A stretch of 64,000 bases of DNA from Octopus sinensis. Its lineage: Eukaryota. The stretch covers positions 147,312,001-147,376,000 of the forward strand of contig NC_042997.1 in the NCBI RefSeq assembly GCF_006345805.1. The letters run 5' to 3'. A program made the translations under genes and the position numbers. The notes beneath the pieces were generated by a model. It was not told the DNA's origin. It ran no database searches and worked only from the letters and a program-made list of their open reading frames with translations. Positions 34,799 through 50,917 of this stretch are shown one piece after another; the first letter of the stretch is position 1; each line of letters starts with the position of its first letter.

Positions 34799-36043
34799 GT
34801 TATTTACATTATTTACATTTGACGGATATTTGTCCTCATCTTGGGGGAAATTTCGAACCTGAGTTCTCATTTCCTTAGGTATTTTTCGATGTTATTATTA
34901 TTATTACTATTATTCAGGTCAATGCTCGGAATCGAACTTGGAACCTTAGTAGCCTGCGCTCTTAACCACGACGCCATATACCCGTGGGCAATTCTGGAGT
35001 GAATTTTAGGGCTTATAAATATATTTCCTATCCTTTCTTAATACCGGTTCTTATATGCTATTCATATATTCACCGGCACCCCGGGATCCCCTTCGTCTAA
35101 AACTTGGTCTGCACGGGCGTTGGGACTAGGTCTTGGAGAGGTAGCTGCGGTCACCGAAAGTAGGGGTCCTGATGCGCTATTCATATCTGCACACGGTCAG
35201 CTTAGGAGGTTGTGTCCTAGCTTATGTGCTGCTTCTTTTAGTTTTCGTATGTTCCAGTGGTGTTGTCTATTTATTATTTTAACTTCATCCCACAGGGGTA
35301 GGTGGTCTCCATTTTTCCATACATGATCAGCTATACCCAATTTATCAATATCCCCTCGTGTCACAGCTTTGCGATGTTCCTCTACCCTTATTTTGAGGGG
35401 GCGGCATGTTTCGCCTTTGTATGGAGAACACGCATTTTTGGTCATATTCTCTTCTATTGGTAGTTTTACTCGAAGGAGATATTTGCGAAGTGTTGTATTA
35501 ATCTAGTATACTGTCCTGATGTCATATGGGCCGCACATCTTTTGTATCTTTTCGGAGAGGCCTTTCACATAGGGTAGACAGACCGTGGACAGTTTATTGG
35601 TTTCATCCTCTCCCACAGGAGGAGGTGGTCTCCATTTTTCCATACATGATCAGCTATATCTGATTTATCAATATCTCCTCGTGTCACAGCTTTGCGGTAT
35701 TCCTCTACCCTTATTTTGAGGGGGGGGTGAAGTTAAAATAATAGACAGAAAACACCACTTGAAAATACGAAAACTAATAGAAGCAGCACATATTCTAGGA
35801 CACAACAACCTCCTAAGCAGACCGGGTGTAGATATGGATAGCATATGGGAACCAGTATTAAGGAAGGATAGGAAAATATTAGATTTATAAGCCCTAAAAT
35901 TAATTCAAAATTGTCCACGGATATATGGCGTAGTGGTTAAGAACGCGGGCTACTAACCTCAAGATTCTGAGTTCGATTCCAGGCAGTGACCTGAATAATG
36001 ATAATAATAATAATACTTTAGGAATGAGAACCCAGGTTCGAAA
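34799..36043. mobile_element. composite Penelope-like remnant (Penelope/Poseidon-type GIY-YIG) with inverted 3' arms
   Basis: Minus arm translates TVCLPYVKGLSEKIQK...YKGETCRPLKIRVEEHRKAV...LKEAAH (35197-35610). Plus arm 35730-35890 translates EVKIIDRKHHLKIRKLIEAAHILGHNNLLSRPG. Both arms continue into the same tRNA-like/(AAT)n/AGGAATGAGAACCCAGGTTCGAAA 3' segment. 35620-35720 duplicates 35295-35400. Confidence 0.8.
35918..35992 (+). promoter_or_regulatory. tRNA-like internal Pol III promoter (A box + B box) downstream of the PLE ORF end
   Basis: A box TGGCGTAGTGG at 35926-35936 and B box GTTCGATTCC at 35971-35980; diverged mirror copy on the minus strand at 34916-34983. Confidence 0.6.
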
Positions 36044-36267
36044 ATGTGCATAATTCCTCATCTATAGAACTCCAAGTGAAATGTTCTTTAGTTTTAATTA
36101 AAGCAGAAATCAGCACGAGCCAGCTTTGATTTCTATTTAAGCCAAATCATTTTTCACTTAGGTCTCTTTCCCACATATGTTAAAAAATATTTTGCATCTC
36201 ATATTATCATTGTCTATTTCCGAAGAAAATCTCAGGAAATTCTGGATGTTTTGTTTATGGTTAAATG

Positions 36268-36474
36268 TATAAGAAGTTGCTGAAAAGTTCCTGGCTTTAA
36301 GGATATCGCAAAAGTCCTGGTTGGGGTTCTTTTACAAGGCTCAGAAAAATCTGATATACCGCTACTGTAAATGTGTGGATCTAAGAGGGGAATATATTGA
36401 ATATAATCATAATTAAGTGATACTCCTGTATTTTCTTTCGCCCAAAGACTGGAACTTTTCAGTGCCCACTCGTA
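36268..36474 (+). mobile_element. mariner-derived MITE (~207 bp)
   Basis: Imperfect TIRs TA...CTGAAAAGTTCC / GGAACTTTTCAG...CGTA. The internal remnant, read across frameshifts, resembles the mariner C-terminus KCVxLxGxYxE. Confidence 0.7.
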
Positions 36475-37288
36475 AGTGTGGCAAATTTTGAAGTGGTTTG
36501 ACAGCCCAGTATCGAACCACCAAACGTAAGACGAAGGTGAAAGGAAAACAAAACAAAAACTATGCTATTTCACACAGACCAGAATCTCAACCTTTTCATT
36601 CCATACAAGAAACGCAATAGGGAAATCGAAAATTTCAAAAGCCCTAAGTCATTACAAAATCATGAACACGCACATAAAACTGCTGATGTTTGTAAGTGGT
36701 TATTTATTACAAAAAAAAAAGCAAAAAGAAAAAACATGAACTCCGTAAATTCTAGGTATCATTTCGCCAGAGTATTTATTAATATTATACGATATAGCAT
36801 TATAGGTATATTTTAGCTATCCGAGTTTACCAGTCGGTTATGCACACAAGAGTTAAGGAAAAAACGTAGTCCTGGTGCTTGCCTGGAGGACTAGAATGAA
36901 GAGTTGCGATGTAATTTCCTTTTAACACTTTCAGTGCGAAACCGATTGGTAAAATCGTCTGAAATGTATCTATAATATTGTATTATACTAGTGCCTGCTT
37001 TTTCTAACTTATGTATTCTGAGACGAGAATACATACATACAAACATACATGCATACACACGTACACAAACACACACACACACATACACAGACAGACACAC
37101 ACACACAGACACACACACACAGACACACACACACACCGCACACATGAGCACACATATCTCTGTGTGTTTTATATATATGTAGTAAAAGTAGAATTCTTTC
37201 TATATGATGACATATGGTAGTCGATACACGCATGGGAGCTTTGTAAAGCGTGCTATAGCGTTATTGCCTACATGACATTAAATTATAT

Positions 37289-37320
<32 letters not shown>

Positions 37321-37842
37321 GTTAGTTAGATAATTAGATAAATATCATCCAGTCATACACATACATACGTGCAAGTTTAAAAGCTGATAATTGAGCCTTA
37401 GTAGCAAAATCCCTCTCAACCCACATCACATATTGAAAGAAAACAGGGATATATTAAATGATGTAATCCTAGATATCAACTCCTAAAAGACGAGGTATTC
37501 ATAAGTGGATTTGGTCTAGGTGCCTAGAATTAACTTATCAGTCAACAAACTATATACCACTGTTTGATTTAACGCAATGACGCGGTAAACGGTAAGTTTA
37601 AGTGCATGTCTACCAGCTCTACATTGTATTTCTGAGACTTGCTGGTGCTTATTTTTTATCGGTCAAGGGGGCTCAAAGCTCTGAAACATCTAACTGCTGT
37701 GAGTGTCCGTGGAAAGCCTAGTGAGAGACTCATAAGTCTGAGTACAACTAGGTATGACTCACTCGAAGCTGTTTCCTTGTACACCACATAGACTAATCAT
37801 CGGTATCGGCTGAGAGCTGGAGTGTTGCAAACGCAGCATTGA

Positions 37843-38035
37843 GTGGAGGCGCAATGACCCAGTGGTTAGGGCAGCGGAGTCTAGGTCGTAAGAACGCAGT
37901 TTCGATTCCCAGACCGGGCATTGTGAGTGTTTATTGAGCAAAAACACCTCAGCTCCACGAAGCTCCGGCGTGGGGTGGGTGGTGAATACCACTGTACTCT
38001 TTCACCACAACTTTCTTTCACTCTTTCTTCATACT
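37843..38035 (+). mobile_element. tRNA-derived SINE family 3, 3'-truncated
   Basis: GTGGAGGCGCAATGACCCAGTGG...TTTCGATTCCCAGACCGGGC...CTCTTTCACCACAACTTTCT matches 45352-45656. Confidence 0.7.
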
Positions 38036-39899
38036 TCTGCCACAAAGCAGAAGAACCATGGTGTAACCCACTATGGTGTGGTAAACTTTCAGACCCTTGT
38101 CTAGATTGCGAATCCTCTGTACCCCAAGATGGTTCAGCTCTCCATCCGTTTAAAGCCACCGTTTACGGAATGAGGATAACAACGTAGCTTTCGCGCCCGT
38201 GCAACCGTCAGTCTATCACGTGTGGTTGGTGGATCTTCAAGTCGCCTCACGCATTCTTAGTAGCTTAGAGTAGGCTCGAATTAGAGATTATTCTTTGTGG
38301 CTAATAGCGTGAGTCCTGATTAGAAGAAGAACTCAGCATTGTTGCGCAATATACATTACACCACGCTGCACACATACATATACCTACCTACCTACATACC
38401 TACCTACCTACCTACCTACCTACCTACCTACCTACCTACCTACATACATACATACATACATACCTACATACATACATACTTAACAATCTTGAGAAATTAG
38501 GCTTCTCAAAACCAGAGAGAAGAAAGCTGATTCGAAAACTACAGATCGAAGCCATCACTGGAACTGTAAAATTCTGTAAGTTTTTTTAAAAGTTTACCAT
38601 TTAAGTATAAGTATATATGTGCATATGGAGATATGCAACTAGATGCATGAGAATACATACATAAGGCAAAAGTTACATATCTGCACATATACATCCATCC
38701 ATCCAGCCAGCCAGCCAGCCATACATACATACATACATACATACATACATACATACATACATACATACATACATACATACATACATACAAACAAAATATC
38801 CGATTGATGTTGTTGAAATTCCAAAGAAGGAGGTTTGGATTTAGGTTAGAAACCGGCTCTTTCGCTACTGGCAATAAATATTGAAATAAAATTGAATAAT
38901 GGCACACATACATACATACATACATGCACTCATATATTTACAAGCCTCATCTAAGACTAAAGAACAACAGCAACAGCAATAAGACACTGATAAATATATT
39001 TCATGTGGCTATTCAGAAATGACAGCCTTGGGATTTATATTCTCTCAATAAATCCCACGGCTGTCATATCTGGATAACTACACGGGAAATATTTTTCAGT
39101 ATTTGTATTGTTGTTGCTGTTGGAGCAATATAGATATTTTCTTACTTAGTGATAAAGTGCTTTTCACACACACACACACACACACACAGACACACTCGTA
39201 CACATACACACACACAAACACGCATGCACACACACACATACATTCATACACACACATAGACTGATAGATTATTTATGCATTTCATATTTGAAATGATCAA
39301 TGCGTCATATCAAATGGTAATGTCCACTAACCACAAATTAATTCTACTGACGCGTGAAGGGTATGAAGTATCAGTTTATACAGTTAATGAATTGAAACAC
39401 ACATTTAATCTTGCTCTAAAATAATATTGGCGCTAATGTACCTAGAATGATTATGTCAGTCTGATAAAGTGTCACGATTTCAGCCAAGCTGGGTCTTATT
39501 AATATAACGTAGTCAGGAGAACGTAATAACTTCGATCATATAATACAAATATTGGTAACTATTTTCACATCGATCATGTATAACCCAAACCACTGCACAG
39601 GATAGCTTGGTACGGGAAACGCCTTAATCTTGATACATCACATCAACAGAAGTAAGGACATCGATAGGTACAAGTCAAACCAATTATTAGGGTACAACGA
39701 TAACAATGCATTGCCATTCACAAGAAAGTACCTCACACGACAAACCAGCCGATAAACTGGGAGGAGTCACTGACCAAATAAGTCAACCACTAGGTTGCTG
39801 GTGCCTTATATTTTTACTCTTTATCGTTATATAAACTACTTTGGGTTCTTCTGCTTAGAATTAGCTGAATGCTTACCCCCTCCACTCAAGTCTACCCCG

Positions 39900-40800
39900 C
39901 ATACTGTTTCCCTTCCGCAAAAGTTATTTTCCAAGATCGATCCTCCTCCGAAGGTTAACCTCGTTGAATTTCACCCCATAGCTTTTTTCTGCATCAGCTA
40001 TCTTTCACATGTCCAAGATCAAATATTTACAACATCAATCTCACCAGTTTCGGAAGGCTTGAGAAAGATATGGGCACAATCCTTTAGAAGAAAATTAATT
40101 AAACAAAACGATAGAAATTAATTAGTATCATTAACAACAAAAGTCCTCATTTCAATTTATCAAAATAACACCACATCCACACCCTATCGGAAGGCAAACG
40201 TCTTCATCAAACATTTTCCGAAAGTCAATCACCAAAAACAACATGAAGAGAACACAAACACCAAACAAAAACCAAGCAATTCCACTTAGACCTCTTCAAT
40301 CTATCACCTATTCAAAAACAATAAGGAAATCGAAAAGTTCAAAATTCACAGAGCATGACAAAATTACAAACACATCTAAAGCAGCTGACACTCAAATGAA
40401 ACTCCGCGCTCATTGCTATCTGACACTTGTTCAAAACTGCAAAGTTACCGAGCAGCATCAGAATATTTGTAAAACTCAACAAAAACCCAAAATAGCACCA
40501 CACATCTATGGACCTTCTATACATACTGTCAAAAAAATTAGACATATTCTGTCACTGATGTCACTAACACCACCCAAAATCACTATACATATTCAAACAT
40601 CATACTGATAGCAAAACCGGGATATGACAGCTTCAAGAGCAAAGCTACGCAACATCACATGGATATTCTGATGATCTATAACTTCAGTAAAGTTTTCGAT
40701 TCAATTAGTCGCTTATCACATATTCGCAAATTGCTCAATAGATTCTTAAGAATCAACGTTAAATTCTGGCTATCAAATAACTTGACATGTTGCCAAAATT
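39900..40800 (+). mobile_element. possible very old LINE RT remnant
   Basis: C/A-rich strand bias. MDILMIYNFSKVFDSI near 40649 resembles DVIYLDFSKAFD, and HIYGPSIHTV is a weak match to SYRPISL. Boundaries are approximate. Confidence 0.3.
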
Positions 40801-41033
40801 AAGTAGTGCACGAAAAATAGCATCAACAATTTCAATATTTCGAATTTACCACAAGATTCAAATAGTCCCTAACAAACTCACAGACCCTACAACTCATGGA
40901 CATAACAGATCAGCAACTATATATTATCTACACGGATTATGGCAGCCAAATCTGGGTCCCCAATCTCTATGAAAAAATAAATCCTGACATCTGTAATAGC
41001 AGTACTATCATCTGTTCCCCAACAGATGATGGT

Positions 41034-41373
41034 CAGATGGAGAACAGCGTGATCAACTAGTTCAAAGCCACATTCACGCACAGCAGCAATTGAAAGCACG
41101 AACTTGTATGCTGGAGCATTGTCCTGATGAAACTAGACCCCTTTTGTCAGTTTTCCTGGGCGTTAGTCAGTTTTCATGCCTCGGAAGTTGGCATAATATT
41201 CTCCATTGATGGTGTAGCGCTTTTCAAGATAGTCAAGAATCAAAAATACCTTTTGCATCCCCATAAAACTGAGGTCATCACCTTCCCTGCAGATGAAAGC
41301 GACCTTGGCCTCCTTTGGAGCAGGTGAAGAGTAGTGTTTTCACTGCATGCATTGTCTCGTTTTCTCTGGCTCA
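41034..41373 (-). mobile_element. mariner (DD34D) transposase fragment
   Basis: Minus strand read across frameshifts: EKTRQCMQ*KHYSSPAP.KAKV..SAGKVMTSV.WDAKGI...DYLEK...INGEYYAN...PGKLTKG..FHQDNAPAYK...AAVRECGFELVDH. Confidence 0.8.
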
Positions 41374-42034
41374 GTGATGAATTAATGCTCGTTCTGGCTT
41401 AGGAAACGTTGAAGGAAACTAGCTGATAAGCATCGATACTACTTATTTGCGTGAAGAAAGAACAGAAATTGCAACCTGGACAGCTGAGATAGGTAAGAGA
41501 TAGAGAACGAGGGACTGATGAGTGGGAGAGGAGGTGTGGTCTATCTGCGAGGAAGAGATGAGTGGGATTTACTTTGCAACGAAAACCAAAGATATTAGAA
41601 AAGAGGAGAGAAAATTATATGCCGGGTTTAATTCTGGAATTCGGAAGTTCGAATAAGCGAACAATGGCGGTGGGAAAATTTAGGATAATCCGCAACCATA
41701 GTAGTGATCCAATGCTTGCAGCAGAGCGAACTCTGCTAAGGCAAAACAAGGGCAGATGGTGGCATCAAACAGGATGACATCATGGACTTTCTGCTATGTA
41801 TGTGTGTATACATACATACATACACACACATACACACACACACGCACACACATATATATTTGTTCAGCAAAATTTAGATTCAGATGAATATGGTACTTAA
41901 GTTAGATGCACCAGAATTTTGTATGGTGTTATCCATATAAATCCATAGGGTGATTACAATCAAAATAAGCAACAAGTATATCCGAGGTATATACTTGTTG
42001 CTTATTTTGATATGTATATATATATATGTAAATA

Positions 42035-42121
<87 letters not shown>

Positions 42122-42146
42122 GTATATATGTATATATATGTATATA

Positions 42147-42212
42147 CAGTTGCGGCCAAAATGTTCGGAACGGCATTGTTTTCGTCAGAAAAGTAAGTAT
42201 AAGTTTTTATCA
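42147..42212 (+). mobile_element. solo outer end of the Tc1 left TIR
   Basis: TA-CAGTTGCGGCCAAAATGTTCGGAACGGCATTGTTTTCGTCAGAAAAG duplicates 42389 onward, then stops at (CA)n. Confidence 0.8.
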
Positions 42213-42296
42213 AACACACACACACACACACACACAACACACACACACACACACACACCACACACACACACACACATACATACATACATACATACA

Positions 42297-42366
<70 letters not shown>

Positions 42367-42388
42367 ATTCAATTTGTATACATATATA

Positions 42389-44522
<2,134 letters not shown>

Positions 44523-44626
44523 AAAAAATACAAGAAAATGTACATATATGTGTGTGTGAGTGTAATGGAATATTTGTATTATTTTAAAAATATATCTATG
44601 TATATATGTATGTCTGCATGTGTGTA

Positions 44627-44661
<35 letters not shown>

Positions 44662-44719
44662 AGGTGTATACACACACACACACACACACACATACACACA
44701 CACATATATATTTTGTTCT

Positions 44720-44890
44720 TACTTCTTTTATTTGTTTCAGTCATTTGATTGCGGTCATGCTGGAGCATCGCCTGTAGTCGAACAAATCTACTCTAGGACT
44801 TATTCTTTGTAAGCGTAGTACTTATTCTATCGGTCTCTTTTGCCGAACCGCTGGGTAAGTGTAAACACACACTAACATCGGTTGTCAAAC
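44720..44890 (-). mobile_element. SINE family 2, 3' half
   Basis: TTGTTTCAGTCATTTGATTGCGGTCATGCTGGAGC...GCCGAACCGCT...GGTTGTCAA. Confidence 0.75.
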
Positions 44891-45351
44891 ATATATGCAT
44901 ACATTCATATACACTAGGTTAATCTGTACCAAGCTGCTTTACTCAGCGTGCTTTAGCTTCGGTACTATGGTAACAGTCCGAATACTTATTGATCAGACCT
45001 GGTAGATGTGTGTGTGTGTGTGCGTGTCCGTGCGCGCGTGTGTGAGTGGTGTGTGCGTGTGTATACATATATATATGTATCATTAAAGAAATAACGAAGC
45101 AACAGGAGATTATGCAATGAAGTTCATTGGATAGTTACCTGTTAATTCTTAATTTATTTAATTACTTGTTGTGCTCTGTGCTTGACTAATTCTTTATTCT
45201 GAAGCATAGGTATATTGAATTCTGACTTCAGGTTATTGGTATCACTATGCCTAAGCGAAATAGTAAAATAGGCACACACATGAGCGTATGCTTACGTATG
45301 TATGTTTGTATGTATGTATATATCTATGTAAGTAGGTATGTATATATGATG

Positions 45352-45656
45352 TTATTTGTTCCTTCTCGGGCCATGCCTGGCTCATACAGGCCGGTTTTCC
45401 GGTTTCATTGGCGTATAAGTTTCCCCATCCGGACGGTACACCGGTCCATCGCAAGTGAGCTGCTAGATGCAGGAGGAAAGAGTGAGAGAAAGTTGTGGCG
45501 AAAGAGTCAGCAGAAATTCACCATTATTTTCTGTCAGAGCCGCCTGGAGCGTAAGTGCTTCGCTCATAAACACACACATCGCCCGGTCTGAGATTCGAAC
45601 CCGCGATTCCTCGACCCCGAGTCTGCTGATGTAGCCACTAAGCCATATAACTCCAC
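45352..45656 (-). mobile_element. tRNA-derived SINE family 3 with V-domain-like core
   Basis: Minus-strand A box TGGCTTAGTGG and B box GGTTCGAATC. The central TTGCGATGGACCGGTGTACCGTCCGGATGGG resembles the V-SINE GATGGACTGG..CCGTCCAGGG motif. Confidence 0.75.
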
Positions 45657-48410
45657 ATGCATGTATGTATGTATGTATGATGTATGTATGTATGTATGTA
45701 TGTATGTATGTATGTAGTATGTATGTATGTATGTATGGGTAGAATTAATTGTGACTCTGACTGCCATTTTCTTCTGACGAGTTATTCAGCCAGTGGTGGG
45801 ATGAACCGTCAGGCAAAACATAAAATTTCCTCTCAAATTGAATTTTATAAGTTTCTGTATACTTTCTGTCCTGAGTAACCCAATCAGTAAATGTTCCGTA
45901 ATTTTTCATCTTGCGTGTACAAATAAAGTCAAATTAGCACAAACACAGAAACACAAACATGTATGCAAATACACAAACAGACACTTGTGTACGTGCATGC
46001 GTGTTTATCCGTGTGTATGTGTGTGTGTTTGTGTGTAACTTCTGTTTGTTTAAAAGTCAAAAGCGACACGAACAATGTTTATGCCTATCAATATGTGTGT
46101 GTGTGTTTGCGTGTGCGTGTATTTATGCATATATATGTATGTATATTAATGAGTGTTTAGTCACAGTAGGCGACTGGTGTATATATATATATAAAAGTAT
46201 GTATAGTATATGTATATCATATAGAAAACACGCACCGCACACATATATACACACATATACATTTATATACGGGAATATGTATATATATATATATATATAA
46301 TATACATATATGTTTATCTCGTTGTCTCTCCACACACAAGCACACTCTCCACACACACACGCACATTCACACACGCACACAAACATACACACATATACAC
46401 ACACACATGTGTGTGTGTGTGTAAGTGAGTATGTTTGTCTTTGTCTCTATATTTACTTACTAAAGTTTGGTTATTTTCATCGATTTGTTTATCTGACTGC
46501 TTCCATAATAGCAGCACTAAAGACTAGCATGTTTTTCATATTTATTCAAGTATATCACAACTTACTTCGTTAGTTATGCAGACTGGGTTATGTCTGGTTC
46601 TTGTCTATCACAAACTCACGATATCTTCTTTCATTTAAATATTTTGTTCTCAAAGTCCGTAGTGATTTATCTTCCTCTGCAACAGCAGTTCCGCATCTAT
46701 CTTGGTTACTCGAAGTTAGATTATTTCCGAATTGTCTATATTTGATATTTTTATCTCCTAAGAATACCTTACTTGGTTTTAAAGTCAATTATTTCGTTTT
46801 CCATTTGTCATATAATACATTTTCCCCAGAAATATAAGTCCTCCATATATTTACTTGCTAAGATAGCAGAGGATTCTCTTGCGTAACGGATACAACGGTT
46901 TTCTGAACGTATCAACGTAAGGTGATTTCAATTTTCCTATCAGTTTTCATGTAATAAATTGATATGCGTTTCGACGGATAGTTTTCGAGAAACGAAACAA
47001 ACTAAAACAAATCAACATGAATAAGAAAAAAAAAATAAGGAGCAAGGCCACTTTTATGTATGAAGATAACAATTTCTAAACATCTACACTGTACAAAATT
47101 TATACATGGAAACATTCAAAGAAAAATACGTTTGTGAATAAATAACAATCGTTTTATTATAATAGGGTACGTTCTAATCATACAAGATGTGGTGTTGCTG
47201 GAATGACAGTAATTGGGAGTATGAGGGAAAATATCTTCTATCTTATTGTTCATCATCATTATCAACATCTAGGTAAGGGATGAAGAAATTATTACTGGAT
47301 ATCTATGGCTTGACCTCTATTTGTACAGTTCAGTAGTGACGGAGTTCATTGTGAACTCCTCTTTCAAATTTGTTGATACGATCACTCTAGTGTCGGAGCA
47401 AATTAAATATTTAAAAGCTACGGACAAATCAACCGGAGTTGCTAGAAATAACAGTCAAAGCATTAAAAATATACACGAACAAAGTTAACATCAAAACATT
47501 CGCTGGCAAATTAAATAATATTTTAATTATGGATTTATAGGAAGAACGAATTTCTTTTTCATAATTAGTATATAAAACTTAATCTTTATACCAAATTTGA
47601 AAACAATTGGAACAAAATTGTAAACAGTGACGAAAACCACAAAGATCCGAAACTCCTTCAACAATATTTTTTTTCGGGCACACAGAGTAATTAATAACAA
47701 TTTCTGTATCGGTACTAGCAGCTTCACTGGTCATTAAGTTGTGCAAATTCAAGCGCTTCTTAACCTTTAAACCATCCGTAACTGCAAATCGTCATACCAG
47801 GGAAGAACTGTTTTGAGGGCACAAAATATTTTCTTCATTTATATGTAAAAATAGGAATGAGAATATGAAAAGTTGGTGTTATGTGGGCGGAAGAAGTGTA
47901 TGGTTATAGTCAGTTGAAGAGATACCTGCTCATATGCACTTCATCCCTTACAGCCGCGACTTGACGTAAAAAAATCTACTCTGTGTTTCTCTCTCCCTCT
48001 CCTTCTCACACCTCGTTGCGTTGACATAAAATTCTTCAATGGGGGCCCCGTTGCATTGACATATACTCACAGACATTGCTATTATGTTGATACTATTGTT
48101 GTTACTGCCAGATGGTCATTCAAAATTTAGGAGCGGTAGTAGTGGCGTTGGTTATATTGGTTTAGGTACCGATTATGGTAATGGTAAGTGGTATTCTGGG
48201 TGGCGTCGGCATTCATCTTGTTATTGTTAATTGTATCGTTGTCGCTGCTTAATCTCAAATCAATCCTCATTGATCTAAGATCAAAGACATTTCATTCAAC
48301 TTATAAAATATATGAAGCTATCACTTTATCTCATGTCCTTGCCTTAGTATGTTGATCAGTACTTGATCATTAAAGTGTCGGTTGGTTGGTTGGTTTGTGC
48401 TATATATATA

Positions 48411-49323
<913 letters not shown>

Positions 49324-49608
49324 CCCTCTATATTTCTGATTGTTAAGTGCCAAATGGAACAACCATGAAACAAACACGCACACACACATACACTGCACAC
49401 ATACAGACACACACATACAGGCACACGTTATCGGTTATACATACATAGTGTATATGTGCTGTCCATACACCAAATTTGCTGCGAAATAGCCTCCAGAGAA
49501 AGACGCCGAGTGTAAAGAACACTGTAGCAAATTTGGCGTATAAACAACGTACATGCGACTAATAATGTTTACATTACTAGTGCTGTTTGATACGTAATTT
49601 ATTATATA

Positions 49609-50205
49609 CTAGCTTCGAAGATTTTTGAAGTGGATCCTGTGGAGGGCTAATCTTAATAAAGCATTTATTGGTATCCTACCATCTCAGATTTATATCACAG
49701 AATATCACATTTGGGGAATTTTGTATCACTATGACATTTGGAGATCATTGCAAAGCAGTAGCACAAACAATATAGTTAGTTTACCATTTAGCGTGAGTAT
49801 GAAGAGATTGTTATCATTTCTAACTCTGGAACAACTGACATAGAGCTGACCATGGGAAAAAAACTGCTGCTTGAGGTGAAGTTCAACAATTTTCAGTGAT
49901 TATCCTTGACTCTTGTTGACATTGCAAAACTAACTCTTTCTGGAAATTGAAGCCTATTGAATTGAAAGGGCTTCTTTGCTAGAATCACTGGAATTCTTAG
50001 AATAAACACATCTTATCCCTTTTCTTGTCCAGTGAGGATTGTGGCTTCAAAAAGATGTGGATATATTTGGTTGACAATCAGTGTTGTTCCATCGCACAGC
50101 TTTGGGGGAACCAGATTTCTCAAAAACGTGACTGGAACTCCTTTCTCAAATGTCAGTTTGTGAGAAAGCATTCCAGAAGGATCCAAAGAGTTAAGAAACT
50201 CAGTA
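49609..50205 (-). mobile_element. Helitron 3' fragment (PIF1 helicase C-terminus to putative CTAG end)
   Basis: TEFLNSLDPSGMLSHKL...FLRNLVPPKLCDGT...EATILTG, then RIP...RLQFP.RVSFAM, and after a frameshift ..KSQG...FSHGQLYVSCSRV. A minus-strand CTAG|T at 49612-49608 is a plausible 3' terminus, though the hairpin is weak. Confidence 0.8.
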
Positions 50206-50620
50206 GTTATTATTATTATAGAAGATATATATATATAATAATATAAATAATATATAAATATATGCATATATACATACATATATGTACATACCTACATATA
50301 TATATGTATATATAGATGCATATATGGGTACAGGACATAAAAAAAAACGTTGAACACAATGAGAAACGAAAACATAAAAACAAAAACATAGAAACAAACT
50401 TTTTTTCAAACAACGAAAAAAACAGAGAAACGTGAAATACAGTATAAAGAATATTCCCCTTCTTCAGTTGTCCCTGTTTCATCTACTCCACGTTTCGAAG
50501 GTAAGTACAAGAGAGGGAGAGAGACAGACAGAGAAGAGATAGTAAATGTAGAGGAGTACACATCGTAATTATTAAAATAAAACTTACTTGAAAAAGGATG
50601 CGTGGTGTTCGATCATATAA
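50206..50620 (-). mobile_element. repeat family A, second copy
   Basis: Reverse-complement similarity to 10080-10790 (GAATATTCCCCTTCTTCAGTTGTCCCTGTTTCA) plus direct similarity to 9973-10068. Confidence 0.6.
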
Positions 50621-50653
<33 letters not shown>

Positions 50654-50656
<3 letters not shown>

Positions 50657-50850
50657 GGTCCGGGTTGAGTCGGGTTAACCACAGTAATAAGGTACTCAAT
50701 ACATAGCAGAGTAAGTTAATTTATTTTATAGAAGGAGCTTCTACAGGACTAGAACTGTTTCATTCAAAAGAAATCATCAGGAAGCTTCCTGATGATTTCT
50801 TTTGAATGAAACAGTTCTAGTACTGTAGAAGCTCCTTCTATAAAATAAAT
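50654..50850. mobile_element. short PLE-type element with 132-bp palindrome (50719-50850) carrying hammerheads on both strands
   Basis: Arms pair around GAAG|CTTC (50784/50785) with one mismatch (50747/50822). Plus-strand hammerhead 50784-50832, minus-strand 50737-50785. Confidence 0.8.
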
Positions 50851-50874
50851 AAATCTATATATATATAATATATA

Positions 50875-50917
<43 letters not shown>

